Assembly: GCF_017744675.1 (NCBI RefSeq)
Contig: NZ_JAGIAV010000003.1
Location: 226,719-290,718 of the forward strand
Length of the DNA stretch: 64,000 bases
Reading direction: 5' to 3'
From: Flavobacterium sp.
Lineage (GTDB): Bacteria; Bacteroidota; Bacteroidia; Flavobacteriales; Flavobacteriaceae
Under the pieces are notes generated by a model. That model had not been told where the DNA came from. It saw only the letters and a program-made list of their open reading frames with translations, and did not search any database. Shown here piece by piece: positions 29,432-38,233 of the stretch; position 1 is the first letter of the stretch; the number at the start of each line of letters is the position of its first letter. The position numbers were made by a program, and so were the translations under genes.

Positions 29432-29520
29432 AACATTTTACTTTTAATTGTTATACAATATTTTTGAACGTACACTGCTTTTGCAGTGCATGAGACAAAA
29501 AACGAAAATTATGCCAGACC

Positions 29521-29563
29521 AAAAAAATGACATTTTTTCAGTTTTTATCACGAAAAAATGTCA
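29521..29563 (-). terminator. AT-rich hairpin plus T-run; probable terminator of the NQO/DUF2652 transcription unit
   Basis: Perfect 11-bp inverted repeat tgacatttttt / aaaaaatgtca with a 14-nt spacer, followed by TTTTTTT on the minus strand. Confidence 0.4.
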
Positions 29564-29872
29564 GTTTTAACTTAGTTTTAATACTAAAGACTGTACTCAT
29601 TTATACGGCAATTAAGTCCCAAGCACGATTTAAGGTTCATGTCAATGCTTTAATAACATAAATATCTATCCCTCAAAAGCAAAACTTATTTCCAATCCAT
29701 AAAACCTTGATAGACAAAATATAGAATGGCAATATAAAAACTGTATTTCACGGCTTTTTTAAACACCTTATAGCTAGTACGCAATAGGATATTTTTAGAA
29801 GATGTATCTCTATTTTTTTCTGCTGTTTTTTTCATTGTTTATTGTTTTAAGTTCTTTTAATTAATTTTCGCT

Positions 29873-30463
29873 TTAAGCCAGATTTCTATTTTGATAATCA
29901 ATATAAACATAGTTTGAATCTGAATTAAAGGTCTGCTTTGTTCCTTCAAAATCTAGGAGATCATCAGTAAGCAACAAATATGTATTGCTCTGGATTGTAT
30001 TCTTTAGCAGGCAGTGGGACTGCACCACCGTATTTCCGTAAAGTTTGCTAAACCCGCCTACAGTATATTCTGTAAAAGATCCATAATGCGCAATTAACTT
30101 TAGCGACAAATCCATTTTTCTATTGGTAAGAGCTTCTATTGCAAATAATTTCTCTCTAAAATTTCGAAGCATTACCTCATATTGCTTAATGATCTGCTCT
30201 GCAGTTGGAGGGCAGCAGAACTTATAAAAAAGAACGGCATCCCCTTCCACTTCAGAAACTTTCAATCCAAGACTGTTGCTGTCAATAATTGTTGTTAGCA
30301 ATTCACGCACAATATAACGGCCTGCTTCGATGCATATGCTGGAAACAAAATTGGTAAAACCGCTTACATCGGGAATTAGAATAAGCCCCTGCTCTGCTTT
30401 TACTTCGCTAGCCTCATAATGATATCTACGCAACATTTCCTGCGGTGCTATAGCCAAACTCAT
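29873..30463 (-). CDS. DUF2652-like protein (nucleotidyl-cyclase-like fold, from memory)
   Basis: 196 aa. GLILIPDVSGFTNFV and EVEGDAVLFYKF resemble the metal-binding strands of class III cyclase-like domains. The start overlaps the upstream stop (ATGA). Confidence 0.55.
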   Translation of the reverse strand: MSLAIAPQEMLRRYHYEASEVKAEQGLILIPDVSGFTNFVSSICIEAGRYIVRELLTTIIDSNSLGLKVSEVEGDAVLFYKFCCPPTAEQIIKQYEVMLRNFREKLFAIEALTNRKMDLSLKLIAHYGSFTEYTVGGFSKLYGNTVVQSHCLLKNTIQSNTYLLLTDDLLDFEGTKQTFNSDSNYVYIDYQNRNLA

Positions 30464-31050
30464 GACCCAACAGTTGAATAGTTATAAAGAGATAAAATCT
30501 GATCTGTCCAAGATTCAGCTATTTCAGGAGTAACACGATCTGCCTTATCGAAAAACAAATGACGGTTTATTTCAAACCCGCAGTAGCTATAGATTCCCTT
30601 GTCAGAAGTGAGTTTCAGTGCTGTGTCCATGCCAATTTCGTGGTACTCCTGATGAGATTTTCCATGTGTATTGATGATGGTAGCCTGTTTTCCTGTAAAA
30701 AGACCTTTCTGAACGCCTTGATCATAACGGTAAGCAAAACCATAGCTAAATACACGATCGATATATCCTTTCATAATAGCGGGCATGCCAGTCCACCAAA
30801 TAGGATGAATAAAAGTAATATGCTCTGCCCAGCTAATAAATTCTTGTTCCAATTTTACATCATCTGCCACTTGTCCTTTTCTCTGCCCATCCATATCTTG
30901 CAATGAAAGCACGGGATTAAAATTAAGTTCGTATAAATCTCTTACGATAACTTCATTACCTTCTTGCAGCAGATGCTTTGCCAATTCATCTTTAAACTTT
31001 CCGTTCAGACTCTCTGGATTTGGGTGGGCATAAATAATTAAATGTCTCAT
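30460..31050 (-). CDS. NAD(P)H-dependent quinone oxidoreductase (Flavodoxin_2 / NQO-like)
   Basis: 196 aa. MRHLIIYAHPNPESLN, IHPIWWTGMPAIMKGYIDRV and FAYRY are typical of the family. Confidence 0.8.
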   Translation of the reverse strand: MRHLIIYAHPNPESLNGKFKDELAKHLLQEGNEVIVRDLYELNFNPVLSLQDMDGQRKGQVADDVKLEQEFISWAEHITFIHPIWWTGMPAIMKGYIDRVFSYGFAYRYDQGVQKGLFTGKQATIINTHGKSHQEYHEIGMDTALKLTSDKGIYSYCGFEINRHLFFDKADRVTPEIAESWTDQILSLYNYSTVGS

Positions 31051-31076
31051 TGTTCTATAATTTTAAGTTGATAGGA

Positions 31077-31084
31077 CAAATTTA
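31077..31084 (-). promoter_or_regulatory. -7 promoter box TAnnTTTG (TAAATTTG on the minus strand)
   Basis: The forward strand reads caaattta, 27-34 nt upstream of the ATG at 31050. Confidence 0.45.
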
Positions 31085-31122
31085 GACCGAAGAAATCTGA
31101 TAAAATTGGAAGAAAACGAAAG

Positions 31123-31941
31123 TCAGCCCACAGGATTGCATATACTGCACTGCAGTTTGAGATATTGAGACGGAGTTAGATTCATGTAATACTTGAAATC
31201 ATTGATAAGCTGGCTCTGATCATAATAACCGCACTGGTCAACAATTTCAAACCATTCATCCTTAGATGCCCTAGATGCTATGTCCTGTATCATCTCAATC
31301 GCTTTAAGAAAACGCTGGTAGCGGTTCATCTCTTTGGCAGAATAGCCCAAGTGTTTTTTATGGGTAAGCTGTATGGCGCGTTCACTCTGTTTTTTATCGT
31401 CTGCCACTTTCTTTATAGGATTGTAAGACGTATTTTGAAGTTCTATAAGCTGTTTAGCAACTGGATTTTGTTGCCTCAGATAAGGCCGACAGAATTCAAG
31501 AATACTGCTCACCTGTTTTTCTTTCTCTTTTATTGTGCTGATTTGGTGCCAAAGCGCTGTAAAACAGTTTTCGCTTAGCAAGGAATTAGGATCAGCAGGA
31601 AAATTTTCTGCAATAGCTGCTAGGCCAAAAAAACGGTAAAAAGCATCATCCTTGAAATTGGCAACCAAAATTCTGTTTCCTGAAGGCAGCGAGTAATCAA
31701 ACGCTTTTTTTATTGGCCCTAATACAATGCATTTTTCAACTTTTATGCTTTCGGCGTTTGGCAAATGTATAAGGGCATTTTCTCCAAAACTGAAAATCAT
31801 AATCGTCTGATAAGAAGGGAGAAGCTTTTTGGTAAGGGTTGCACTCGAATTATTTTCGGCAAAATAAAAATGCGAAAACACCTCCTGAAAATCATCAGAA
31901 ACAGCAATTCTTCCATTAAAAATTTCATCGTTACCACTCAT
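31123..31941 (-). CDS. AraC-family transcriptional regulator
   Basis: 272 aa with a C-terminal HTH (QCGYYDQSQLINDFKYYMNLTPSQYLK). Confidence 0.75.
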   Translation of the reverse strand: MSGNDEIFNGRIAVSDDFQEVFSHFYFAENNSSATLTKKLLPSYQTIMIFSFGENALIHLPNAESIKVEKCIVLGPIKKAFDYSLPSGNRILVANFKDDAFYRFFGLAAIAENFPADPNSLLSENCFTALWHQISTIKEKEKQVSSILEFCRPYLRQQNPVAKQLIELQNTSYNPIKKVADDKKQSERAIQLTHKKHLGYSAKEMNRYQRFLKAIEMIQDIASRASKDEWFEIVDQCGYYDQSQLINDFKYYMNLTPSQYLKLQCSICNPVG

Positions 31942-32160
31942 ACAAAGGCTAAATTATAAAAAAATAGCATTTCTTTTTGTTTCTTTTTATAAAAGTATCA
32001 CCCCCGTATTGGTGCATGCTAAACTTCCATTTCATTCAACTCCTAAAATGGATTTTAAAAAAAATGAGTGCGTTTTAAAACCGCATGTGCTAAAATTTCG
32101 TTAATACCTAAATACCCAGAAAACTAAACCAGTGTTATTAACCTAAATAAATACTAGATT

Positions 32161-32907
32161 ATGAAAAACGAAGTTAAAATTCAGAGAATGGATGAATCTC
32201 TGGACAGCAGAAGAAGTTTTCTGAAGCTCAGCGGTTTGGCAGTTGCCTCCGCAGGTCTTCTTATCGCAGGATGCAGTGACAATAATGATGACGATCCTAT
32301 GCAGGAAGATACACTTCCTGGAATCCGTAACGGTGTTTTCGATTTAGGCTCAGGAGATTTTGGCGTGCTAACGTATGCCTATGCTTTGGAGCAGCTTGAA
32401 GCAGACTTTTATACAAAAGTAGTCAATGCTTCTAGTTTTAACAGCGCATTCAGTTCACTGGAACGTGAAGTACTAACTGATCTTTATCACCATGAGGTGG
32501 TTCACAGAGATTTCTTTAAAGCAGCTTTAACTGGCGCTCTTCCTAACCCATCCTCACAGCTGCTGCCACAACTTACTTTTAATTATGGCTCTTTAAACTT
32601 CAATAGTCGCACAGAAGTCCTTGCTACAGCCAAAGCATTAGAAGATACTGGTGTTGCTGCCTATAACGGAGCAGGAAGACTGATTAGAACGGCTGATTAT
32701 CTGGTTTTGGCAGGGAAAATTGTTTCGGTAGAAGCTAGACATGCTGCAGCTATTCGTAGTCTTATCAATCCAAACTCTAAAGATTTTGCTGGAGATGATA
32801 TCGTAAATATTACAACAGGATTGGATGTTGCAAAGGATCCTTCAAAAATACTTCCTGTCGCTTCGGGATTTATTACTACTAAATTCACAGCTAAATATCT
32901 TCCTTAA
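32161..32907 (+). CDS. Ferritin-like domain protein (desiccation-related-protein-like), Tat signal plus lipobox
   Basis: 248 aa. SRRSFLKLSGLAVASAGLLIAGCS is followed by LTYAYALEQLEADFY, HEVVHRDF and SVEARHAAAIR, which are di-iron ferritin-like motifs. Confidence 0.75.
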   Translation: MKNEVKIQRMDESLDSRRSFLKLSGLAVASAGLLIAGCSDNNDDDPMQEDTLPGIRNGVFDLGSGDFGVLTYAYALEQLEADFYTKVVNASSFNSAFSSLEREVLTDLYHHEVVHRDFFKAALTGALPNPSSQLLPQLTFNYGSLNFNSRTEVLATAKALEDTGVAAYNGAGRLIRTADYLVLAGKIVSVEARHAAAIRSLINPNSKDFAGDDIVNITTGLDVAKDPSKILPVASGFITTKFTAKYLP

Positions 32908-32931
32908 TGCTAACCTTAAAACCTGGAAATT

Positions 32932-33744
32932 ATGAACATTTTAAAATTTATAGAATCTTTCGCAGATGAGAGAATAATACATAGCACTGGAACGAGAAGA
33001 GACAGTTTTTCGCAGTTTGCAAACATTGGCAAAAATCTAGCACTGGCTTCAATACCTTTTGGGCTATCGACTCTAACGGGCAAAGCTTTTGCCAAAGATA
33101 TTACAGCTACACCAGCAACGCCTATTGGAGCATTGCAGTTTGCTCTCACACTTGAATATCTTGAAAATGAATTTTATTCTATGGCATTGGACTCAGGAGT
33201 TATACCTGCATCAGAGAATGGCGGACGTGATTTAAAGGTATTTCAGCAAATAGCTGCTCATGAATCTGCCCATGTTAAATTCCTTATTGCAGGTCTTGGC
33301 GGAACAGCAAGCGCTAACTTTGTAGCAAAACCTACGTTTGATTTTACGGTTGGCGGTGCTTTTGATCCTTTTCATGATTACCCTACCTTTTTAGCTTTAG
33401 CACAGGCTTTTGAAGATACAGGAGTAAGAGCTTATAAAGGACAAGCTGCCAATTTAATTACTACTCCAGATTTATTAACGGCTGCCTTGCAGATCCATTC
33501 GGTTGAAGCACGTCATGCTTCAGAAGTTAGAAGACTTAGAAGTTTAAAAGGATGGATTTCCAATGCGGAAAGAGGTGCCGGAATGCCTTCTGCTACACAA
33601 GCAGTTTATGATGGCGAAGGCATGACAGTCCAAGCTGGATTTAACACTGCTACAGCTTTTGGCGCCGCAGCTGGATCTGAGGCTTATGATGAGCCATTAA
33701 CTACCCAGCAAGTCGTTGATATTGCTAATATATTTATTGTCTAA
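32932..33744 (+). CDS. Ferritin-like domain protein, paralogue of the preceding gene, Tat-like signal
   Basis: 270 aa. Motifs: TRRDSFSQF...AFA, ALTLEYLENEFY, HESAHVKF, SVEARHASEVR. Confidence 0.75.
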   Translation: MNILKFIESFADERIIHSTGTRRDSFSQFANIGKNLALASIPFGLSTLTGKAFAKDITATPATPIGALQFALTLEYLENEFYSMALDSGVIPASENGGRDLKVFQQIAAHESAHVKFLIAGLGGTASANFVAKPTFDFTVGGAFDPFHDYPTFLALAQAFEDTGVRAYKGQAANLITTPDLLTAALQIHSVEARHASEVRRLRSLKGWISNAERGAGMPSATQAVYDGEGMTVQAGFNTATAFGAAAGSEAYDEPLTTQQVVDIANIFIV

Positions 33745-33766
33745 ATATTCCAAAATAAGAATGCTG

Positions 33767-33796
33767 GCCACCTCTAATCAGGTGGCTTTTTTTTTG
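33767..33796 (+). terminator. Rho-independent terminator
   Basis: gccacct-ctaatc-aggtggc followed by ttttttttt. Confidence 0.75.
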
Positions 33797-34012
33797 TATA
33801 AGTTTTCATATTCTGCTTACTACTGTATCAAACAGGCTTCTCTTTCCTTCTATGGCAATTATAAAACTCTCTATTTTAATTATATAAGTGCATTCTCTTG
33901 TCTAAAATTAAATTTGGTATCCGATGAATTTATTGCATTAGCTACATAAACTGTATTGTTCTGAAAGTAGCAATATGATTCATCGGCATTTTAACTATAC
34001 AATTAAATACGT

Positions 34013-36163
34013 ATGACTATGAAAAATTACCAAGATGATAAACAGCGTGATCTATCGGTTAATAAATCGGATGGCACCAATAAAACCCTAACCACCAATC
34101 AAGGGGTAAAAATCAACGACGACAATAATTCGCTTAAAGCGGGAGAAAGAGGGCCTTCGCTACTAGAAGATTTTATCCTGAGAGAAAAAATCACGCATTT
34201 TGACCATGAGAGAATTCCCGAGCGCGTTGTACATGCACGAGGATCGGGAGCGCACGGATTTTTTGAGGTGACAAATCCGATTCCAGAACTTACCAAAGCT
34301 GGATTTCTACAGGAGAAAGGTCTTAAAACACCTGTATTTGCTCGATTCTCTACTGTAGCGGGCTCAAGAGGTTCAACTGATCTTGCTAGAGACGTAAGAG
34401 GATTTGCTGTCAAATTCTACACCCAGGAAGGCGTTTTTGATCTTGTAGGAAATAATATTCCCGTATTTTTTATACAAGATGCCTCTAAATTTCCTGATCT
34501 AGTTCATGCCGTAAAACCCGAACCTCATAATGAAATGCCACAAGCCGCTTCTGCGCATGACACTTTCTGGGATTTTATTTCACTAATGCCCGAATCGGCC
34601 CATATGATCATGTGGCTAATGTCTGATCGCGCTATCCCGAGAAGCTATAGAATGATGGAAGGTTTTGGTGTGCATACTTTCAGGCTTGTAAATGCTGAAG
34701 AAGAATCTGTATTTGTAAAATTCCATTGGAAACCTAAATTAGGCACTCATGCCGTAGCTTGGGATGAAGCACAGAAAATCTCTGGAAAAAATCCTGACTT
34801 TCATAGGGAAGATTTATGGCAAGCGATCGAAATGGGACATTTTCCAGAATGGGAACTTGGCGTCCAGATTATTCCTGCGGCAGATGAACATAATTACGAC
34901 TTTGATCTGCTAGATCCTACCAAAATTGTTCCTGAAGAAACTATTCCTGTTACAATCGTAGGCCGAATGGTTCTCAATAAAAATCCTGATAATTTCTTTG
35001 CCGAAACAGAGCAGATTGCTTTCCATCCCGGACATGTGGTTCCAGGCATCGATTTTACCAACGATCCTTTGCTTCAAGGAAGACTGTTTTCTTATACCGA
35101 TACACAGCTAATCCGTTTAGGGGGACCTAATTTTCACGAAATACCAATTAACAGAAGCATCGCTCCAACGCATAACAACCAGCGAGATGGGTTTATGCGT
35201 CAAGAAATCAATAAAGGAAGAGTAAGTTATCATCCAAACTCACTGGGAGGAGGATGTCCGTACCAAGCTAAAATTGCTGAAGGTGGCTTCTCCAGTTTTA
35301 ATGAGCGTATTGAAGCACACAAAGTAAGAGAAAGAAGCAAAAGTTTTACCGATCACTTCAGTCAGGCCAGACTGTTTTTCAACAGCCAAACCCCAGAAGA
35401 AAAAAGCCATATTGTAAAAGCATTGCGCTTTGAACTTGGTAAGGTCGAAACCACAGCAGTACGAGTGCGAATGCTTGGCATTCTTTCTCAGATTGATGCT
35501 CAACTAGCTGAAAAAGTAGCTATAGGATTAGGAGCGTCAGTTCCTCCTGTACTTGAAACCCCTATAAACAAAGGAGTATCTCCTGAAACCGAGGAAGCTG
35601 GTACGCAAGAACCTAAGATAACAGACTTGCATACAGATGCTTCACAAGCGTTAAGCATGGTAGACAATCCGACCAATTCACCAACTATCGAATCTCGAAA
35701 AATCGCCATCCTTTGCACCAATGGTGTTTCTGAGGTTTCGGTGATGCGAATGAAAAATGCATTGAAAGAAGCAGGTGCAAAAGGCGTCGTGGTTGCGCCT
35801 CATTTAGGCTCAATTCTTACTGATGCTGATACGGCGCTTAGCGCAGAATATAGTTTTCTAACGGCTTCATCTGTTTTGTTTGATGCGGTTTACGTACCAC
35901 ACGGACTAGATCAAACTGCTCTTGCAGGAAGTGAAGAAGCAATCGAGTATTTAAATGATGCGTACAAACATTGTAAAGTAATCGGAGCTGACGGAAATGG
36001 CGTTCAGGTGATCAGTGCTACTCCATTTGCCTCAAAAATCAATAATGACGATCCTGCACTGATTCTTAATAGCGAACCTGCTTCAGAATCTTTTGCTCAA
36101 GAATTTATCACAGCAATGACGCTTCACCGCTACTGGCAGCGAGAACCAAATCTATACAATTAA
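34013..36163 (+). CDS. katE: Large-subunit monofunctional catalase (HPII type)
   Basis: 716 aa. Motifs [23 protein letters not shown] and RLFSYTDTQ, plus a C-terminal DJ-1/PfpI-like extension typical of HPII. Confidence 0.95.
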   Translation: MTMKNYQDDKQRDLSVNKSDGTNKTLTTNQGVKINDDNNSLKAGERGPSLLEDFILREKITHFDHERIPERVVHARGSGAHGFFEVTNPIPELTKAGFLQEKGLKTPVFARFSTVAGSRGSTDLARDVRGFAVKFYTQEGVFDLVGNNIPVFFIQDASKFPDLVHAVKPEPHNEMPQAASAHDTFWDFISLMPESAHMIMWLMSDRAIPRSYRMMEGFGVHTFRLVNAEEESVFVKFHWKPKLGTHAVAWDEAQKISGKNPDFHREDLWQAIEMGHFPEWELGVQIIPAADEHNYDFDLLDPTKIVPEETIPVTIVGRMVLNKNPDNFFAETEQIAFHPGHVVPGIDFTNDPLLQGRLFSYTDTQLIRLGGPNFHEIPINRSIAPTHNNQRDGFMRQEINKGRVSYHPNSLGGGCPYQAKIAEGGFSSFNERIEAHKVRERSKSFTDHFSQARLFFNSQTPEEKSHIVKALRFELGKVETTAVRVRMLGILSQIDAQLAEKVAIGLGASVPPVLETPINKGVSPETEEAGTQEPKITDLHTDASQALSMVDNPTNSPTIESRKIAILCTNGVSEVSVMRMKNALKEAGAKGVVVAPHLGSILTDADTALSAEYSFLTASSVLFDAVYVPHGLDQTALAGSEEAIEYLNDAYKHCKVIGADGNGVQVISATPFASKINNDDPALILNSEPASESFAQEFITAMTLHRYWQREPNLYN

Positions 36164-36180
36164 AATAAAAAAATATCAAA

Positions 36181-36780
36181 ATGAAAAATTCAGAAAAACA
36201 AGGTCAAACTAATGCAGGCCAAACCAAAACAAGCCAGACCAAAGCTGTTAAAGACACCACTCCTGCTAATATCGTAAAACCAGCTTCAGATGCAGCAGCA
36301 GAACTTAGAGAGCTTTTTGTAGATGGACTAAAGGACATTTACTGGGCTGAAAATGCTCTTGTTGGTGCATTGCCTAAAATGGCAGAGAATGCCTCATCAG
36401 CAGGTCTTAAAGGGACTATTCTGGAACATCTTGCCGTAACAAAAAACCAAGTGGCACGACTAGAAGAAATCTTTGGGGTATTGGGTGAAAAAACGGAAGG
36501 AAAAAAATGCGAGGCTATGGCAGGACTTCTGAAAGAAGGAGACAATATTCTTGAGGAAACTGTTCCTGGTTCTGTACGAGATGCGGGAATTATTGCAGCA
36601 TCACAAAAAATTGAGCATTATGAGATTGCTACCTACGGAACACTTGCCGCTTTTGCCAAAACACTGGGCGAAAATGATGCTGCCAAACTGCTTACGCAAA
36701 CTCTAGCAGAAGAAAAAGAAGCAGACTGCCTGCTTAATGATGTTGCCTTAAATATTGTCAATATCGTCGCAGCAGAGTAA
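36181..36780 (+). CDS. Ferritin-like DUF892 protein (YciE/YciF family)
   Basis: 199 aa. LRELFVDGLKDIYWAENALVGALPKM, HLAVTKNQVARLEEIF and KIEHYEIATYGTL match the family pattern. It lies 17 nt after katE. Confidence 0.8.
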   Translation: MKNSEKQGQTNAGQTKTSQTKAVKDTTPANIVKPASDAAAELRELFVDGLKDIYWAENALVGALPKMAENASSAGLKGTILEHLAVTKNQVARLEEIFGVLGEKTEGKKCEAMAGLLKEGDNILEETVPGSVRDAGIIAASQKIEHYEIATYGTLAAFAKTLGENDAAKLLTQTLAEEKEADCLLNDVALNIVNIVAAE

Positions 36781-36819
36781 ATCTATACTTAATTTATTAC
36801 ATTTAAAATTTGCTTCATA

Positions 36820-36850
36820 GCATCTGTGTTTTTGCACAGATGCTTTTTTT
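36820..36850 (+). terminator. Rho-independent terminator
   Basis: gcatctgtg-tttttg-cacagatgc followed by ttttttt. Confidence 0.75.
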
Positions 36851-37040
36851 ATTTCTTAAGATTTAAAAAAGACATATCCATCAAATTTTTAGTTCAATTC
36901 ATACTTTCTTATAAAGTTTCAAGATAATTCTCTAAAAATTACAAGACGCACTGCTCTGAAATTGAATTTGATACTATGCAACTGCCGAAAAGTAACACGC
37001 TATGTAGCCTGTAACACTTGCGCTAGCTCCCTTTTTTATC

Positions 37041-37048
37041 TAATTTTG
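37041..37048 (+). promoter_or_regulatory. -7 promoter box TAnnTTTG (TAATTTTG), 4 nt upstream of the ATG
   Basis: taattttg-cagc-ATG(37053). Confidence 0.5.
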
Positions 37049-37052
37049 CAGC

Positions 37053-37352
37053 ATGAATCCAGAAGAAATTAAACGCTATTTTGAAAATAATCCTCCGCCT
37101 CAAGAAGTGGACTGGAAACCATGGGCCAAAATTATAGACTCGCAGCTTTTTTTGAAAAGCTGTTATACTGGTATACGCACCTATAACGGTCCCTTAGAGA
37201 TGTGTCCCGCATGGTGGCATTTGAAAGATTTTTATCTTTTGATTAAACGCAGCGCTGCTCAAGAAAACACAGCAGCTCCAGCCTCTGAAGCAATCGAGTC
37301 TCAAAAAATAGAGTCGCAAGAAGTTGAACCTCAAGAGACTCAGGAAGTTTAA
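37053..37352 (+). CDS. Hypothetical small protein
   Basis: 99-aa ORF with an acidic ESQ-rich tail. The promoter box immediately upstream supports expression. Confidence 0.45.
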   Translation: MNPEEIKRYFENNPPPQEVDWKPWAKIIDSQLFLKSCYTGIRTYNGPLEMCPAWWHLKDFYLLIKRSAAQENTAAPASEAIESQKIESQEVEPQETQEV

Positions 37353-37391
37353 ATCTTATTGCAAATTATCAGAAAGGTTCTGTAAAAGATA

Positions 37392-37835
37392 TTAGGCTAT
37401 ACGAAACTCTGCCATGCTTTTTCTGGCGCCGTTCCAATCTGTTGACATGATATTTAGCAAAAGGCCTTTTAAAGCTTGAAAACTGCTAGGTTTCACAGCA
37501 TATAGGTCAGCTCCAAGTTCATAAGAAAGTTCGATATTTGCTGGAGCGCTGCTTGTAGAAAGCATAATCACCTTCAATTTGGTAGGCTCTTCAAATATAT
37601 TTCTTATTTCTTTAAGGCATTCAAAACCGCTTTTACCAGGCATGTTAATGTCTAGAAAAATCATTTCAGGAGCAGGCCCCGAGCCTTCCTTTAGCGCACT
37701 GAGCAGTTCGAGCCCATCACAAGCAGTTCTTACCGATACATCCAGATTAAGTTCTTCTACGGCTTCGGTAAAAAGAATTCTATCGTCTTCATCATCATCT
37801 GCTAAATAAATATTTTTTCTGGAGTACTGCGTCAT
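37392..37835 (-). CDS. Stand-alone response-regulator receiver protein
   Basis: 147 aa. IYLADDDEDDRILF, FLDINMPGKSG and KP form a CheY-like receiver with no output domain. Confidence 0.85.
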   Translation of the reverse strand: MTQYSRKNIYLADDDEDDRILFTEAVEELNLDVSVRTACDGLELLSALKEGSGPAPEMIFLDINMPGKSGFECLKEIRNIFEEPTKLKVIMLSTSSAPANIELSYELGADLYAVKPSSFQALKGLLLNIMSTDWNGARKSMAEFRIA

Positions 37836-38073
37836 GGCTTGTAATTTAAGGTTGCAGCAAAAAACAAGAATTTAAGAATTTCCAACGGCTACAGCTTATC
37901 GCATACAATAGTGAAAATCAGTAAAGAATTGAATCCGATCTGCGGACCGAATTGATTTTTACAAACATACGGATTTATTTACAAAAAATATCGCCAAATT
38001 TGAAATACATTAAATATTAGCAAAAGAATAACAGTTTTTAGTTCATAATTGTCAAATGGAACAAAATTTAGTT

Positions 38074-38200
38074 AAACACATAGAAACATAGATTTTTATT
38101 GCTTTTGTTTAAGATTATAGAAAAAGCAAGCTTTAACACATAGCTATATGTGTACTATTCTAAGTGAAACGCCTTAATTAATCACTTATGTTTCTATGTT
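38074..38200. repeat. MITE/REP-like element, copy 1 (terminal inverted repeats AACACATAGAAACATAG)
   Basis: The left end is aaacacatagaaacatag and the right end is tatgtttctatg. Internal features are a palindrome (acacatagctatatgtgt) and gtgaaacgcc. A second copy lies at 52404..52538 with its interior inverted. Confidence 0.75.
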
Positions 38201-38233
38201 TTAAAAAGTTCACCCAATGGGCTTACAATATTC

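Noticed and set aside
33716-33949. 77-aa ORF in the spacer between the ferritin-like gene and katE
   Set aside because: It overlaps the 3' end of the upstream gene and reads straight through a strong terminator hairpin. It has no motif.
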